Under the pieces are notes generated by a model that did not search any database, was not told the DNA's origin, and worked only from the letters and a program-made list of their open reading frames with translations. Positions 17,541 to 26,139 of a stretch of 64,000 nt of DNA are shown piece after piece. Source of the DNA: Patescibacteria group bacterium. Lineage in GTDB: Bacteria > Patescibacteriota > Minisyncoccia > UBA6257 > UBA9933. The stretch's first letter is position 1. The number at the start of each line of letters is the position of its first letter. The position numbers were made by a program, and so were the translations under genes. The DNA is taken from the NCBI GenBank assembly GCA_038065035.1, contig JBBTRV010000004.1:51798-115797 (forward strand), written 5' to 3'.

Positions 17541-20381
17541 ATGGTTGACCAAAAACTCATTGATTATATAAAAAATCAATTACAATTTGGCAGAAACGAG
17601 GATGTTATTAAAGTTCTTTTGAAAAATGTTGGTTGGCAAAATAATGATATTGAAGAAGGTTTTAATGCTATAAAAACGGAAATAAAAATTAAGGGCGCGA
17701 CAGCGCCGATTTTTAATAATAATGAGCGGCAAATTCAAGGATTCCAACAGCCGACAGTTCATGACAATTTTAAGTCTTCTTTACAAATATCAAAGTCTTC
17801 AAAAAAAAGATTTTTAACTAATATTTCAATCATTGTTTTCATTTTGAGTGCTTGCGGCGCGGCGCTGTATTTTTTTTATTGGAATTCGCCAAATATCATT
17901 TTTGGTCGGATGATTTTTCAGCTGGCAAAAATTAAATCTTTAGAATATTCAGTCGAATTCAATATCGAAATGAATAACGAATCTTTTATTAATGGAATAT
18001 TGTCTCAGTCTTCATCTTCTATTGATATGCTTGGCGGCATAGATCTTTCAACAATGCTTGCGCAAAGGTATAGCAAAGAGGACAAGGTTATTTTTTCTCT
18101 TGGCGTAAAAGGAGCGTCTGACTTTAATGATTTTAAAAAACAGAAACATGGCGCAATTATAAGCGCTGTTTGCGAGACTTGCGCCCGCGAGAAGAAAATT
18201 AGCGGAGAAATAAAAATGATTGATAATGTTCTCTATGCCAAATTGAATGAGTTGCCGAGATGGGGAGCAATTAACTTTAATTTTTTAACGGCTGATTGGA
18301 TAAGGGTTGATATGGCGAGCGGAACAAAGCCGCTATTTGAAGGAATATTCGGCAATAATCAAAATGAAATAGAAGATAAAAATTCAATCAAGGAAAGTTC
18401 GTCAACACAAAAATCTGAACTATCGGAAAGACAAATGAAAGAATTAAGGAAGATTTATAAAGAGCATCCGTTTTTTAGAACCGTGAAAATGCCGACAGCG
18501 GAAATTGACGGCATTAAGAGTTATTATTTGAAAGTTGAGCTGATTAAAGAAAATTTTAAAGAATTTTTATTGAGCGCTAAACCGGCAATAGAAGGTAAGC
18601 CATTCACTAATGAAGAAATAAGCAATTTAGATAAAAGTTTAGAAAATCTTACGTCTTTGACCGGTGAAATTTGGATTGGCAAAAAAGACCTTTTGCCGCA
18701 TAAGGCGCTATTTTTGATGTCAATAAAAGAAAATGGCAGTCAAAATTCTACTCATATTTTTTCAATCAATATGTTTTTTAAAAATTTTAACAACGCCGTG
18801 GCTATAAATCATCCATCCGACTCAAGAGATATATGGGAATTTATAACAAATGATTTATTTATGGGGCTTGCTAAAATACCAAACATTTCGTTTTTATTTG
18901 AAAATTACGATATTGATAATGACGGGATAGCAAATATTGATGAAACAAATATTTACCAAACAGATCCATCGAGCAATGATAGCGATAAAGACGGCATTAA
19001 TGACGGCGAAGATATTTATGAAGAATTAAAAAATAATATTTTAAATAGTGCGGGGAAAATCAAGATTTACAAAAATAATATAGCAAAATACAGTATTAAT
19101 TCATTAAAGGCCTTTTATGAGGCTAAAGCGCGGGTTCTTTACAATCCGGAATTATATCTTCCAAAAGAAGCAGTGGCAAGTTTAGCAACGGCCTTTCAGC
19201 ATAGACAAGCGGGCAATTTTGAAAAATCCCTAGAAGAGCTTAATAAAATTTCAATGCAAGCAGTGAGCGCTGGAGCGGTTTATCATGGACTGGGGCTTAC
19301 TTATTTTAGAATGAATGATTTAAATAAAGCTCTAGAATTTTTTGAAAAAGCGTTCAATGATATCACTTATAAAACCAATAGTCCGTTTTTGTATCAGGAT
19401 CTTTTCTCAACAAACTATAGATTGGGTTTTAAAGAAAAATCATCGCAATATCTCAATGAAGGCATTATTAATTTTCTAGACTATTATCCTCTTTATTATT
19501 CATTAGCGGAATATTATATCGAAAATAATAATTTAAGCGCAGCGGAAGAAATTACAAAGCAGGGATTAATCGCGGAACCACTATATTCGGAATTTTGGAA
19601 TTATCTCGGAATTTTATCTGATAGGAAAAAAGAAAATAATAAAGCGTTTGAATATTATAAGAAAGCCATTTCTCTTGATTGGGAAAATGCGACACCGCAT
19701 ATGAACCTATCTTTGTCATTTTATGATTTGAAAAAATCAAAAGAGGCGTTAGCGGAAGCTTTAATAGCGGATATGTTTAATTCTTCAGACGCGCATATTA
19801 AGAATGTTTTGGGGCTTGCCTACGAAATCAATAATAGTCAAGAAGCCGCTATCAGAGAATATAAAAAGGCGATCCAATTAGATCCTTTTTATGAAAGGCC
19901 ATATAACAATTTGGGGATTGTTTATGAAAATCTTAAACAATATGCGTTGGCAGAACAGTATTTTAAGAAAGCAGTCGAGGTTAATCCTAATTATGCCAAA
20001 GCATATAGCAATCTTGGTTCTTTTTATTTTAATCAAGGAATAAGAAGTTTATTTATTAACAATGAGCATTTAAAAGCCAAACCATATTTAGAAAAATCAA
20101 TAGAAATAGATTCTAATCAGTATTTGTCTTATCAGACATTAGGGAGAGTTTATCAAGTTATGTCTGAGCATGACAATGTTTATCATAATCTGGCAGAAGT
20201 TAATTTTAAAAAATCTATCGAACTTAAATATGATGAATTTTTATCTCATAGACAGTTGGGATTTGTTTATTTTGTCCAAGGAGGCAGGGAAAAAGAAGCT
20301 ATTAAAGAATTTGAAATAGCGATTTCCTTAGGAATGAAAGACAAGGAAGTTGAACAGATAATCAAAAATTATAAACAATAA
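17541..20381 (+). CDS. Large single-pass membrane protein with calcium-binding-like DxDxDG repeats and C-terminal TPR repeats
   Basis: TM helix ISIIVFILSACGAALYFFYW. D-rich DIDNDGIANIDE...DSDKDGINDGED repeats. Multiple TPR units (AYSNLG, PYNNLGIVYENL...). Confidence 0.55.
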   Translation: MVDQKLIDYIKNQLQFGRNEDVIKVLLKNVGWQNNDIEEGFNAIKTEIKIKGATAPIFNNNERQIQGFQQPTVHDNFKSSLQISKSSKKRFLTNISIIVFILSACGAALYFFYWNSPNIIFGRMIFQLAKIKSLEYSVEFNIEMNNESFINGILSQSSSSIDMLGGIDLSTMLAQRYSKEDKVIFSLGVKGASDFNDFKKQKHGAIISAVCETCAREKKISGEIKMIDNVLYAKLNELPRWGAINFNFLTADWIRVDMASGTKPLFEGIFGNNQNEIEDKNSIKESSSTQKSELSERQMKELRKIYKEHPFFRTVKMPTAEIDGIKSYYLKVELIKENFKEFLLSAKPAIEGKPFTNEEISNLDKSLENLTSLTGEIWIGKKDLLPHKALFLMSIKENGSQNSTHIFSINMFFKNFNNAVAINHPSDSRDIWEFITNDLFMGLAKIPNISFLFENYDIDNDGIANIDETNIYQTDPSSNDSDKDGINDGEDIYEELKNNILNSAGKIKIYKNNIAKYSINSLKAFYEAKARVLYNPELYLPKEAVASLATAFQHRQAGNFEKSLEELNKISMQAVSAGAVYHGLGLTYFRMNDLNKALEFFEKAFNDITYKTNSPFLYQDLFSTNYRLGFKEKSSQYLNEGIINFLDYYPLYYSLAEYYIENNNLSAAEEITKQGLIAEPLYSEFWNYLGILSDRKKENNKAFEYYKKAISLDWENATPHMNLSLSFYDLKKSKEALAEALIADMFNSSDAHIKNVLGLAYEINNSQEAAIREYKKAIQLDPFYERPYNNLGIVYENLKQYALAEQYFKKAVEVNPNYAKAYSNLGSFYFNQGIRSLFINNEHLKAKPYLEKSIEIDSNQYLSYQTLGRVYQVMSEHDNVYHNLAEVNFKKSIELKYDEFLSHRQLGFVYFVQGGREKEAIKEFEIAISLGMKDKEVEQIIKNYKQ

Positions 20382-20400
20382 ATATGGAATTTATTGCGCG

Positions 20401-20429
20401 TTGAATAATTCTTTTAATTTTTGTATAAT
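20401..20429 (+). promoter_or_regulatory. Sigma70-like promoter (TTGAAT, 17 nt, TATAAT) sitting almost on the ATG at 20436
   Basis: Consensus hexamers with a 17-nt spacer. The -10 ends 6 nt before the ATG of MSITG..., which suggests a leaderless transcript. Confidence 0.4.
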
Positions 20430-21422
20430 TTAAAAATGAGTATTACTGGAATTTTATTAGGCATTTTATTATGGATTATTATCCGTTTCGTGATAAGGGG
20501 ATTTTATGTTATTGAACAAAATGAACGAGCGGTAAAAACCATATTTGGCAAAGCTCAGAGATTGGGCGATATTATTACGCTTGATGATCCGATTTTTTTT
20601 AATTCTTTAAAAGAAGATGAGCGTGAAAGATACATCTATCCGCAATTGCGCGTTATTATGTCGGGTGGGCCATATTTTAAATTTCCCTGGGAAAAAATTT
20701 ATAAAGTCTCGATAGCTACTAACTTATTAAGCATTGCTTATGATCCAGAAAATTCTTTAGTTAATGATAATAACACTATTTTGGAAGCGGTCACCAAGGA
20801 TCAGCTTAATATTAGATTAAAAGGACAATTTCGCTATGCTGTGTCTGACCGCAATCTTTATGCTTATCTTTTTGCTGTTAAAAATCCTATTGCTCATGTA
20901 ATGGGTTATTTTATATCAATACTAAGAGAAAGAATTGCTAATTTTGAAGCTCCTTCAAAACCAAATCAACAAACTGCTTCAGATATTGTTTCTCTTGTTA
21001 GCGCTGGCACTTCTATTAATGATTTGCGTAAAAATTTAGGAGAATTAAATTTGCATATGGAGCAAGAATGCATATCTTCAGTTGCTAGATACGGCATATT
21101 GCTTGACGCCGCTTTAATTACCGCTATTGAACCGCCCCAAGATGTGGAATCTGCTTTGGCGGCGATTAACACAACTCATAATCATGTTTCTTCAGAAATA
21201 AGTTTGGCTCAGGCCGCCGCTGACCAAAGAATTGTTCAATCAAAGAAAGCGGTAGAGATAGAAACTTTTAAAGCCCAAGCCGAAATTCAGCTTTTGAATC
21301 AGCTTGCTGTTCAGTTAGATCAAATCAGGGCCGGAGATAAAAAAACACTTCCGGCATATTTACGCAATGTCCGTCTTGCTCTTTGGTCAAGGGCAAAAAA
21401 GATTATTTTAGAAACAAAATAA
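20421..21422 (+). CDS. SPFH/Band-7 (stomatin/HflK-like) membrane protein
   Basis: N-terminal TM followed by VIEQNERAVKTIFGK, an SPFH start motif. Coiled-coil C-terminus. Likely start at 20436. Confidence 0.7.
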   Translation: MYNLKMSITGILLGILLWIIIRFVIRGFYVIEQNERAVKTIFGKAQRLGDIITLDDPIFFNSLKEDERERYIYPQLRVIMSGGPYFKFPWEKIYKVSIATNLLSIAYDPENSLVNDNNTILEAVTKDQLNIRLKGQFRYAVSDRNLYAYLFAVKNPIAHVMGYFISILRERIANFEAPSKPNQQTASDIVSLVSAGTSINDLRKNLGELNLHMEQECISSVARYGILLDAALITAIEPPQDVESALAAINTTHNHVSSEISLAQAAADQRIVQSKKAVEIETFKAQAEIQLLNQLAVQLDQIRAGDKKTLPAYLRNVRLALWSRAKKIILETK

Positions 21423-21423
21423 A

Positions 21424-22338
21424 ATGTTAATTTTTAGTCAGATATTTATTGTTTTTACTTCTTTAATCGCGGTTGAATATCTTTGTCGTTTTTTTGGATA
21501 TTTATTTGGTTTTTACGCAATAATTGAAGAACGGAAGGCAAGAGTGTATGTGTTGTTTGGCGATATTGTAGGGGTTTTAGATAAGCCCGGTTTCCATTTC
21601 CTCTGGCTTGAAATTGGATGGAAAGCTTTTTTTGTCAATTGGCTTGGCAAATCGTATGAGCGCGATCTGAGTCTAGATCAAGAATATATTAGAAGCATTC
21701 CTGTGAATTCTGAAGAAGGAACACCGATGGGCATTGGTGTTTGGTATGAGATGTTTATAACCGATCCCGTAGCCCATATTTTTAAAAACATTGACCCTCA
21801 AGGATCTTTAAGCGCTAATGTTAAAAATGCAACCATTAAATGTTTAAGCAATTTGCCCTTGGCTAATATGTTAATTAATCGCCATGAAATGAGTCGGTCA
21901 GTGCGTGAAGAAGTTTCGCCGAAATCTGATGAGTGGGGATACAGATTGGGTTCAGTTTATATTAGAAAGGTTCATTTTCGGGATAATGATATGGTGAAAC
22001 AAATTGAGGAAAAAGTGGTAAATCGTTTAAGACAAGTAACTTCTGCAATTAAACAAGACGGTTTAAATCAAGTTAATATCATTAAAAGCAGGGCGGAAAA
22101 AGAGGCTTCTGTTGAATTTGCAAAGGCTACTGCTGTTCGTCCGCAAATAGTCGGCGCTACAATGAAGCAAATTTCACAAGATCAAGAAATACTTTTAACA
22201 ATGCTTGATATTCTTGAGTGCCAAAGGATCATGGAGGGAGAAAATGAGCTTGTGCTTATTCCTAGTGAGTCGCGGAACAATTTTCTTACTCAACTCCTAG
22301 CCGTTGAAACTAATAAAAATATTAAGAATCAGCCTTAA
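21424..22338 (+). CDS. Second SPFH/Band-7 family membrane protein (HflC-like partner)
   Basis: N-terminal TM followed by RKARVYVLFGDIVGVL. It is tightly coupled to the upstream SPFH gene with a 1-nt gap. Confidence 0.6.
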   Translation: MLIFSQIFIVFTSLIAVEYLCRFFGYLFGFYAIIEERKARVYVLFGDIVGVLDKPGFHFLWLEIGWKAFFVNWLGKSYERDLSLDQEYIRSIPVNSEEGTPMGIGVWYEMFITDPVAHIFKNIDPQGSLSANVKNATIKCLSNLPLANMLINRHEMSRSVREEVSPKSDEWGYRLGSVYIRKVHFRDNDMVKQIEEKVVNRLRQVTSAIKQDGLNQVNIIKSRAEKEASVEFAKATAVRPQIVGATMKQISQDQEILLTMLDILECQRIMEGENELVLIPSESRNNFLTQLLAVETNKNIKNQP

Positions 22339-22360
22339 TATTCTAATACAATTGGTTATT

Positions 22361-24007
22361 TTATTCTTTGCCAATCGCTTTTTTAATCGCTTCTTTTAAT
22401 TCATCAATAGTCGATTTTGAAGTCGGTTCTTTTTTCGCTGGTTTTTCAAAAGACGGCTGGCTTGGAGTTTTTTGCACAGTTTCTTTTTTCTTAAGTTCTT
22501 CAAGAGAAAGATATTGTTTTTCTTCTTCTGTTTCTCCAGCTAAGCGGCGGCCGATTTTTTCGAATGAAGAAACTTTTTTCGGCGCTTCGAATTCAATGCC
22601 GATTTCTCCCAAATTAGAGGCATATTTGAATCTTGCTTGTTCGGCCGGACGTTTCGTAAACGGCCTTTTATCTCCGAATATTTTTTTCTCCGGCGCTTTT
22701 TCAGTGGTAATGCCGCTCCATCGGGAGAATTCTTCTTCCGCTTCTTCTAATGAATTGGCATAATTTTTTCTTGAAATTTCAATTACTTCTTCGCGATTGC
22801 TTTCATGGCTTGCCATTGATAATGGCGGAAGCGTTATGGCTGAAAAAGGCCGGCTGGTAACGCCGTCAACCATTAATTTCAAATAAATATGGAAGTTCGG
22901 CAAATTCGTCATATCTTGAATGTTAAAATCTGGTTCCAATTCTTTTTCCAAAAATTCCGCGTCAGCGGCGCCGACTCGGAAAATAATCATTGTTCCCACG
23001 TTGCCGAAAATTGCGTCTTTGACTTTTGTTGATGTGCCTCCGGATGTGCCACTGACTAATTGTCCGATGTATTGATGGCTGATAACAAGATTAAGGCGGT
23101 ATTTTCTGGCTTCCGAAAGAATAGTGGCGAAAGAATCTGTAACAAAGCCCTGAAATTCGTCAATGTGAAGATAAAAATCTTTTCTTTCCTCTTCGGGAAC
23201 TCGGGCTCTTTCCATGGCGGCTAGCTGGATTTTGGTAATCATCATGGCGCCGAGGAGCGCTGAATTGTCTTCGCCGAGCTTGCCTTTGGAAAGATTGACC
23301 AAAAGGATTTTGCCGGTGTTCATTATTTCCTGAATATTGATGGTGCTTTTTGATTGGCCGACAATGTTTCTAATAAGTGAAGTGGAAAGAAATTGGCCGA
23401 CTTTGTTTTGGATAGGAACAATCGCTTCGTTTCTGAATTGGTCGCGCCATGATTCGTATTCGTAAATCCAGAAAGATTTTACAATCGGATCTTTAATGTT
23501 GGCGATGATTTTTTGGCGGTAGTCTTTGTCTGTTAATATTCTTGGAATTCCAAGCAAGGTGCTGCCCGAGGTATCCAAAAGCGCCAGAACGCAGTTGTTT
23601 AAAATATATTCCATTCTGGCAGACCAGACATTAGCCCAAATTTTAGTGAAAATCGCCATTAAGTCTGAAGCGACTAAGTGCTTATATTTTTGGTCAGGCA
23701 CTTCTAAGACGTTGAAGCCGATAGGATATTCCGCGTCAATCGGATTGAAATAAACAACGTCTTTTATTCTTTCCCTTGGGATTTTAGTGATTATTGTTTC
23801 AACAAAGTCGCCGTGCTGGTCCACAATGCAAATACCTTCGCCTTTAATGATGTCCTGAATAGCCAAGTTAAAAAGCAGAGTTGTTTTTCCAGTGCCGGTC
23901 TTTCCGACAATGTAAGTGTGCTGGCGCCGGTCTTTCCTTTTAATGCCGAAAATTCGCTCCTTGTTGCGAAAATTAGTTTTGGCGAATAGTGTGATGTCTT
24001 TTTCCAT
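22361..24007 (-). CDS. P-loop NTPase of the FtsK/HerA/TraD (DUF87-like) superfamily with a charged disordered C-terminal tail
   Basis: Walker A YIVGKTGTGKTTLL and Walker B FYLHIDEFQGF. No N-terminal TM. The tail is K/E-rich. Confidence 0.55.
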   Translation of the reverse strand: MEKDITLFAKTNFRNKERIFGIKRKDRRQHTYIVGKTGTGKTTLLFNLAIQDIIKGEGICIVDQHGDFVETIITKIPRERIKDVVYFNPIDAEYPIGFNVLEVPDQKYKHLVASDLMAIFTKIWANVWSARMEYILNNCVLALLDTSGSTLLGIPRILTDKDYRQKIIANIKDPIVKSFWIYEYESWRDQFRNEAIVPIQNKVGQFLSTSLIRNIVGQSKSTINIQEIMNTGKILLVNLSKGKLGEDNSALLGAMMITKIQLAAMERARVPEEERKDFYLHIDEFQGFVTDSFATILSEARKYRLNLVISHQYIGQLVSGTSGGTSTKVKDAIFGNVGTMIIFRVGAADAEFLEKELEPDFNIQDMTNLPNFHIYLKLMVDGVTSRPFSAITLPPLSMASHESNREEVIEISRKNYANSLEEAEEEFSRWSGITTEKAPEKKIFGDKRPFTKRPAEQARFKYASNLGEIGIEFEAPKKVSSFEKIGRRLAGETEEEKQYLSLEELKKKETVQKTPSQPSFEKPAKKEPTSKSTIDELKEAIKKAIGKE

Positions 24008-24066
24008 TTTGCTTTTTATTTAGCAATATTATATAATAATTATTTCAATTATTAAAGACCATTTGT

Positions 24067-25203
24067 ATGTATATTGAGATTAAGTCTCAGGAGGAAGAGA
24101 AGTTAAGAAAAGTATTGGAGAAAAGAAATGATTCAGAAGCTAAAAGAATGCTTCGTTTTGTCGGTTTTCCTGATTTGTCTCGCCTTCAAAACAGCCCCAT
24201 ATTCGAGCTTGTTCAGCGCATTAAAAACATCAAACATTTTTCTGATTTTGACGAAGTTAAAGCGCCGGAAATTGTGCGGGCTGACGTGAGTTTTGATTTA
24301 TTTAATTTTCCTAAAGACCATCCGGCCCGAAGCTGCTCTGATACTTATTACGCGGATGACAATCATATTTTAAGGACCCACACTACAATAATGTGGTATT
24401 ACCATTTAAATAATGAAATCATCAAAGAGAAGATTAAAAACAAATTGCCGGTAGCTGCGCTTTCTTACGGAAAGGTCTATCGCAAAGACGAAATAGATAG
24501 GAATCACATGAATGTCTTTCATCAGATGGATGGTTGGTATCTTGCTCCGAAATCAAAAAAAATTATTACTATTGATGATTTAAAAGTGATTTTAACCGAA
24601 ATCGCCCAAGCCATTTACGGCAAAAACATAAAATTCCGGTTTAATATTGATAAATTTCCTTATACGGACCCGAGCGTGGAAATGGAAATTGAAGTGGAAG
24701 GCAGATGGGTGGAGGTCTTGGGTTCAGGAATAGTTCATCCCGTTGTTCTTAAAAATCTTGGAGTTGAGTCGAATGAATACAACGGCTGGGCATTCGGCTT
24801 TGGTTTGGAACGATTGGCAATAATAAGCATGACTCTCCCTGATATCCGCTTGCTTTGGTCAACTGACCCTAGAATCAAAAAGCAGCTTGTTTTAGGCAAT
24901 AAATATATTGAGGTCAGTAAATATCCGCCTATTACCAGAGATATTTCTTTTATTGTTAAAAGCGATTTTATTCCGAATAATTATTTTGATTTGATAAGGG
25001 ATATTGGCGGGGATTTGGTGGAAGAAGTAAGGCTGATTGATAAATACGAAAATCTTGAAAAATTCGGAGGCAATAAAATCAGTTATACTTACCGTATAAT
25101 TTACAGAAGCAACGATAGGACTTTGCTTTCAAGCGAGATTGACAAAATTCAAAAAGAAATATATGAAGAAACAGCGAAGCAATTTAACGCGGAGCTAAGA
25201 TGA
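24067..25203 (+). CDS. pheS: Phenylalanine--tRNA ligase alpha subunit
   Basis: Class II motifs FRFNIDKFPYTDPSVEMEIEV (motif 2) and GWAFGFGLERLAI (motif 3). Confidence 0.8.
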   Translation: MYIEIKSQEEEKLRKVLEKRNDSEAKRMLRFVGFPDLSRLQNSPIFELVQRIKNIKHFSDFDEVKAPEIVRADVSFDLFNFPKDHPARSCSDTYYADDNHILRTHTTIMWYYHLNNEIIKEKIKNKLPVAALSYGKVYRKDEIDRNHMNVFHQMDGWYLAPKSKKIITIDDLKVILTEIAQAIYGKNIKFRFNIDKFPYTDPSVEMEIEVEGRWVEVLGSGIVHPVVLKNLGVESNEYNGWAFGFGLERLAIISMTLPDIRLLWSTDPRIKKQLVLGNKYIEVSKYPPITRDISFIVKSDFIPNNYFDLIRDIGGDLVEEVRLIDKYENLEKFGGNKISYTYRIIYRSNDRTLLSSEIDKIQKEIYEETAKQFNAELR

Positions 25204-25214
25204 TTAAATTTAAC

Positions 25215-25286
25215 GGTCCCATCGTCTAACGGCTAGGACATGCCCCTTTCACGGGCAAAATCGGGGTTCGATTCCCCGTGGGACTA
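25215..25286 (+). tRNA. tRNA-Glu (anticodon TTC), no encoded CCA
   Basis: Cloverleaf: acceptor GGTCCCA/TGGGACT, anticodon stem TGCCC/GGGCA with loop CTTTCAC, and T-arm CGGGG-TTCGATT-CCCCG. Confidence 0.85.
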
Positions 25287-25353
25287 CTGATATTTATATT
25301 TAAGCATATGTTTAGGCATATGCATAAACATATGCTTCTAATATAATAAAATA

Positions 25354-25530
25354 ATGGCAGTAAGGAATTTGGAAAAACGCAATATCAGGAACGTGCAAAA
25401 AGTGAGGAATACTTATTACATTTCCATTCCGGTTGAAATTATGCGCGAGTTTAAGTGGTAAGAGCGGCAGAAAGTGGTGGTTAAGAAATTCGGCAAGGGC
25501 AAAATTCTCATAACGGATTGGAATAAATAG
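25354..25530 (+). pseudogene. AbrB/SpoVT/MazE-like small DNA-binding protein ORF interrupted by an in-frame TAA at 25459-25461
   Basis: MAVRNLEKRNIRNVQKVRNTYYISIPVEIMREFKW*ERQKVVVKKFGKGKILITDWNK. Both halves read like one swapped-hairpin domain. Confidence 0.35.
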
Positions 25531-25576
25531 CGGTTTTTGGGTATTATAAAAATAATCTGAAATTATTTTTAGCGTC

Positions 25577-26116
25577 ATGGAAATTCAAAGCGGAGCTACA
25601 AACAAAAAAAGATATTTTAAATTCATCGCCGGATTTTTTGGAATAATCGCCGGCATTTTTATTTTGTATGGAGTAGGAATGTGGGGTTGGCATAAATATG
25701 ATTTGCGAAATCAGAAAGAAAAATTGCAGAAAGCGATGGAAGATAATGGAATCCAGGGAGAAATTCAAACAAAAAAATTTACGCGAAGAGATTACGAACA
25801 AGCAATGGCTGACACTTATGGCGGGAAAACTCCGCAGGAAACATTGCAATTGTTTGTCGATGCGGTAGAAAAAGAAGATTTTGAATTGGCAATTAAGTAT
25901 TTTGTGATAGATGATGAAGAAAGAGCATATTTGAAAGAAAGATTAGTGAGTTTACAACAAAAAGGATTACTATATATATATTTACGCGATCTTCGCGAAG
26001 CGTTAAAAAATCCGATAGAATATTCCAATAATCAAACAATGGCTTCAATTCATAAGCCGATAGTCATTGTTTTTTTCAAATATCCCAACAATTTTTGGAA
26101 AATATCTGGGTTTTAA
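25577..26116 (+). CDS. Hypothetical membrane-anchored protein
   Basis: N-terminal TM FIAGFFGIIAGIFILYG. No recognisable domain. Confidence 0.4.
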   Translation: MEIQSGATNKKRYFKFIAGFFGIIAGIFILYGVGMWGWHKYDLRNQKEKLQKAMEDNGIQGEIQTKKFTRRDYEQAMADTYGGKTPQETLQLFVDAVEKEDFELAIKYFVIDDEERAYLKERLVSLQQKGLLYIYLRDLREALKNPIEYSNNQTMASIHKPIVIVFFKYPNNFWKISGF

Positions 26117-26139
26117 CCTTAATAATTAATAAAAATAGT

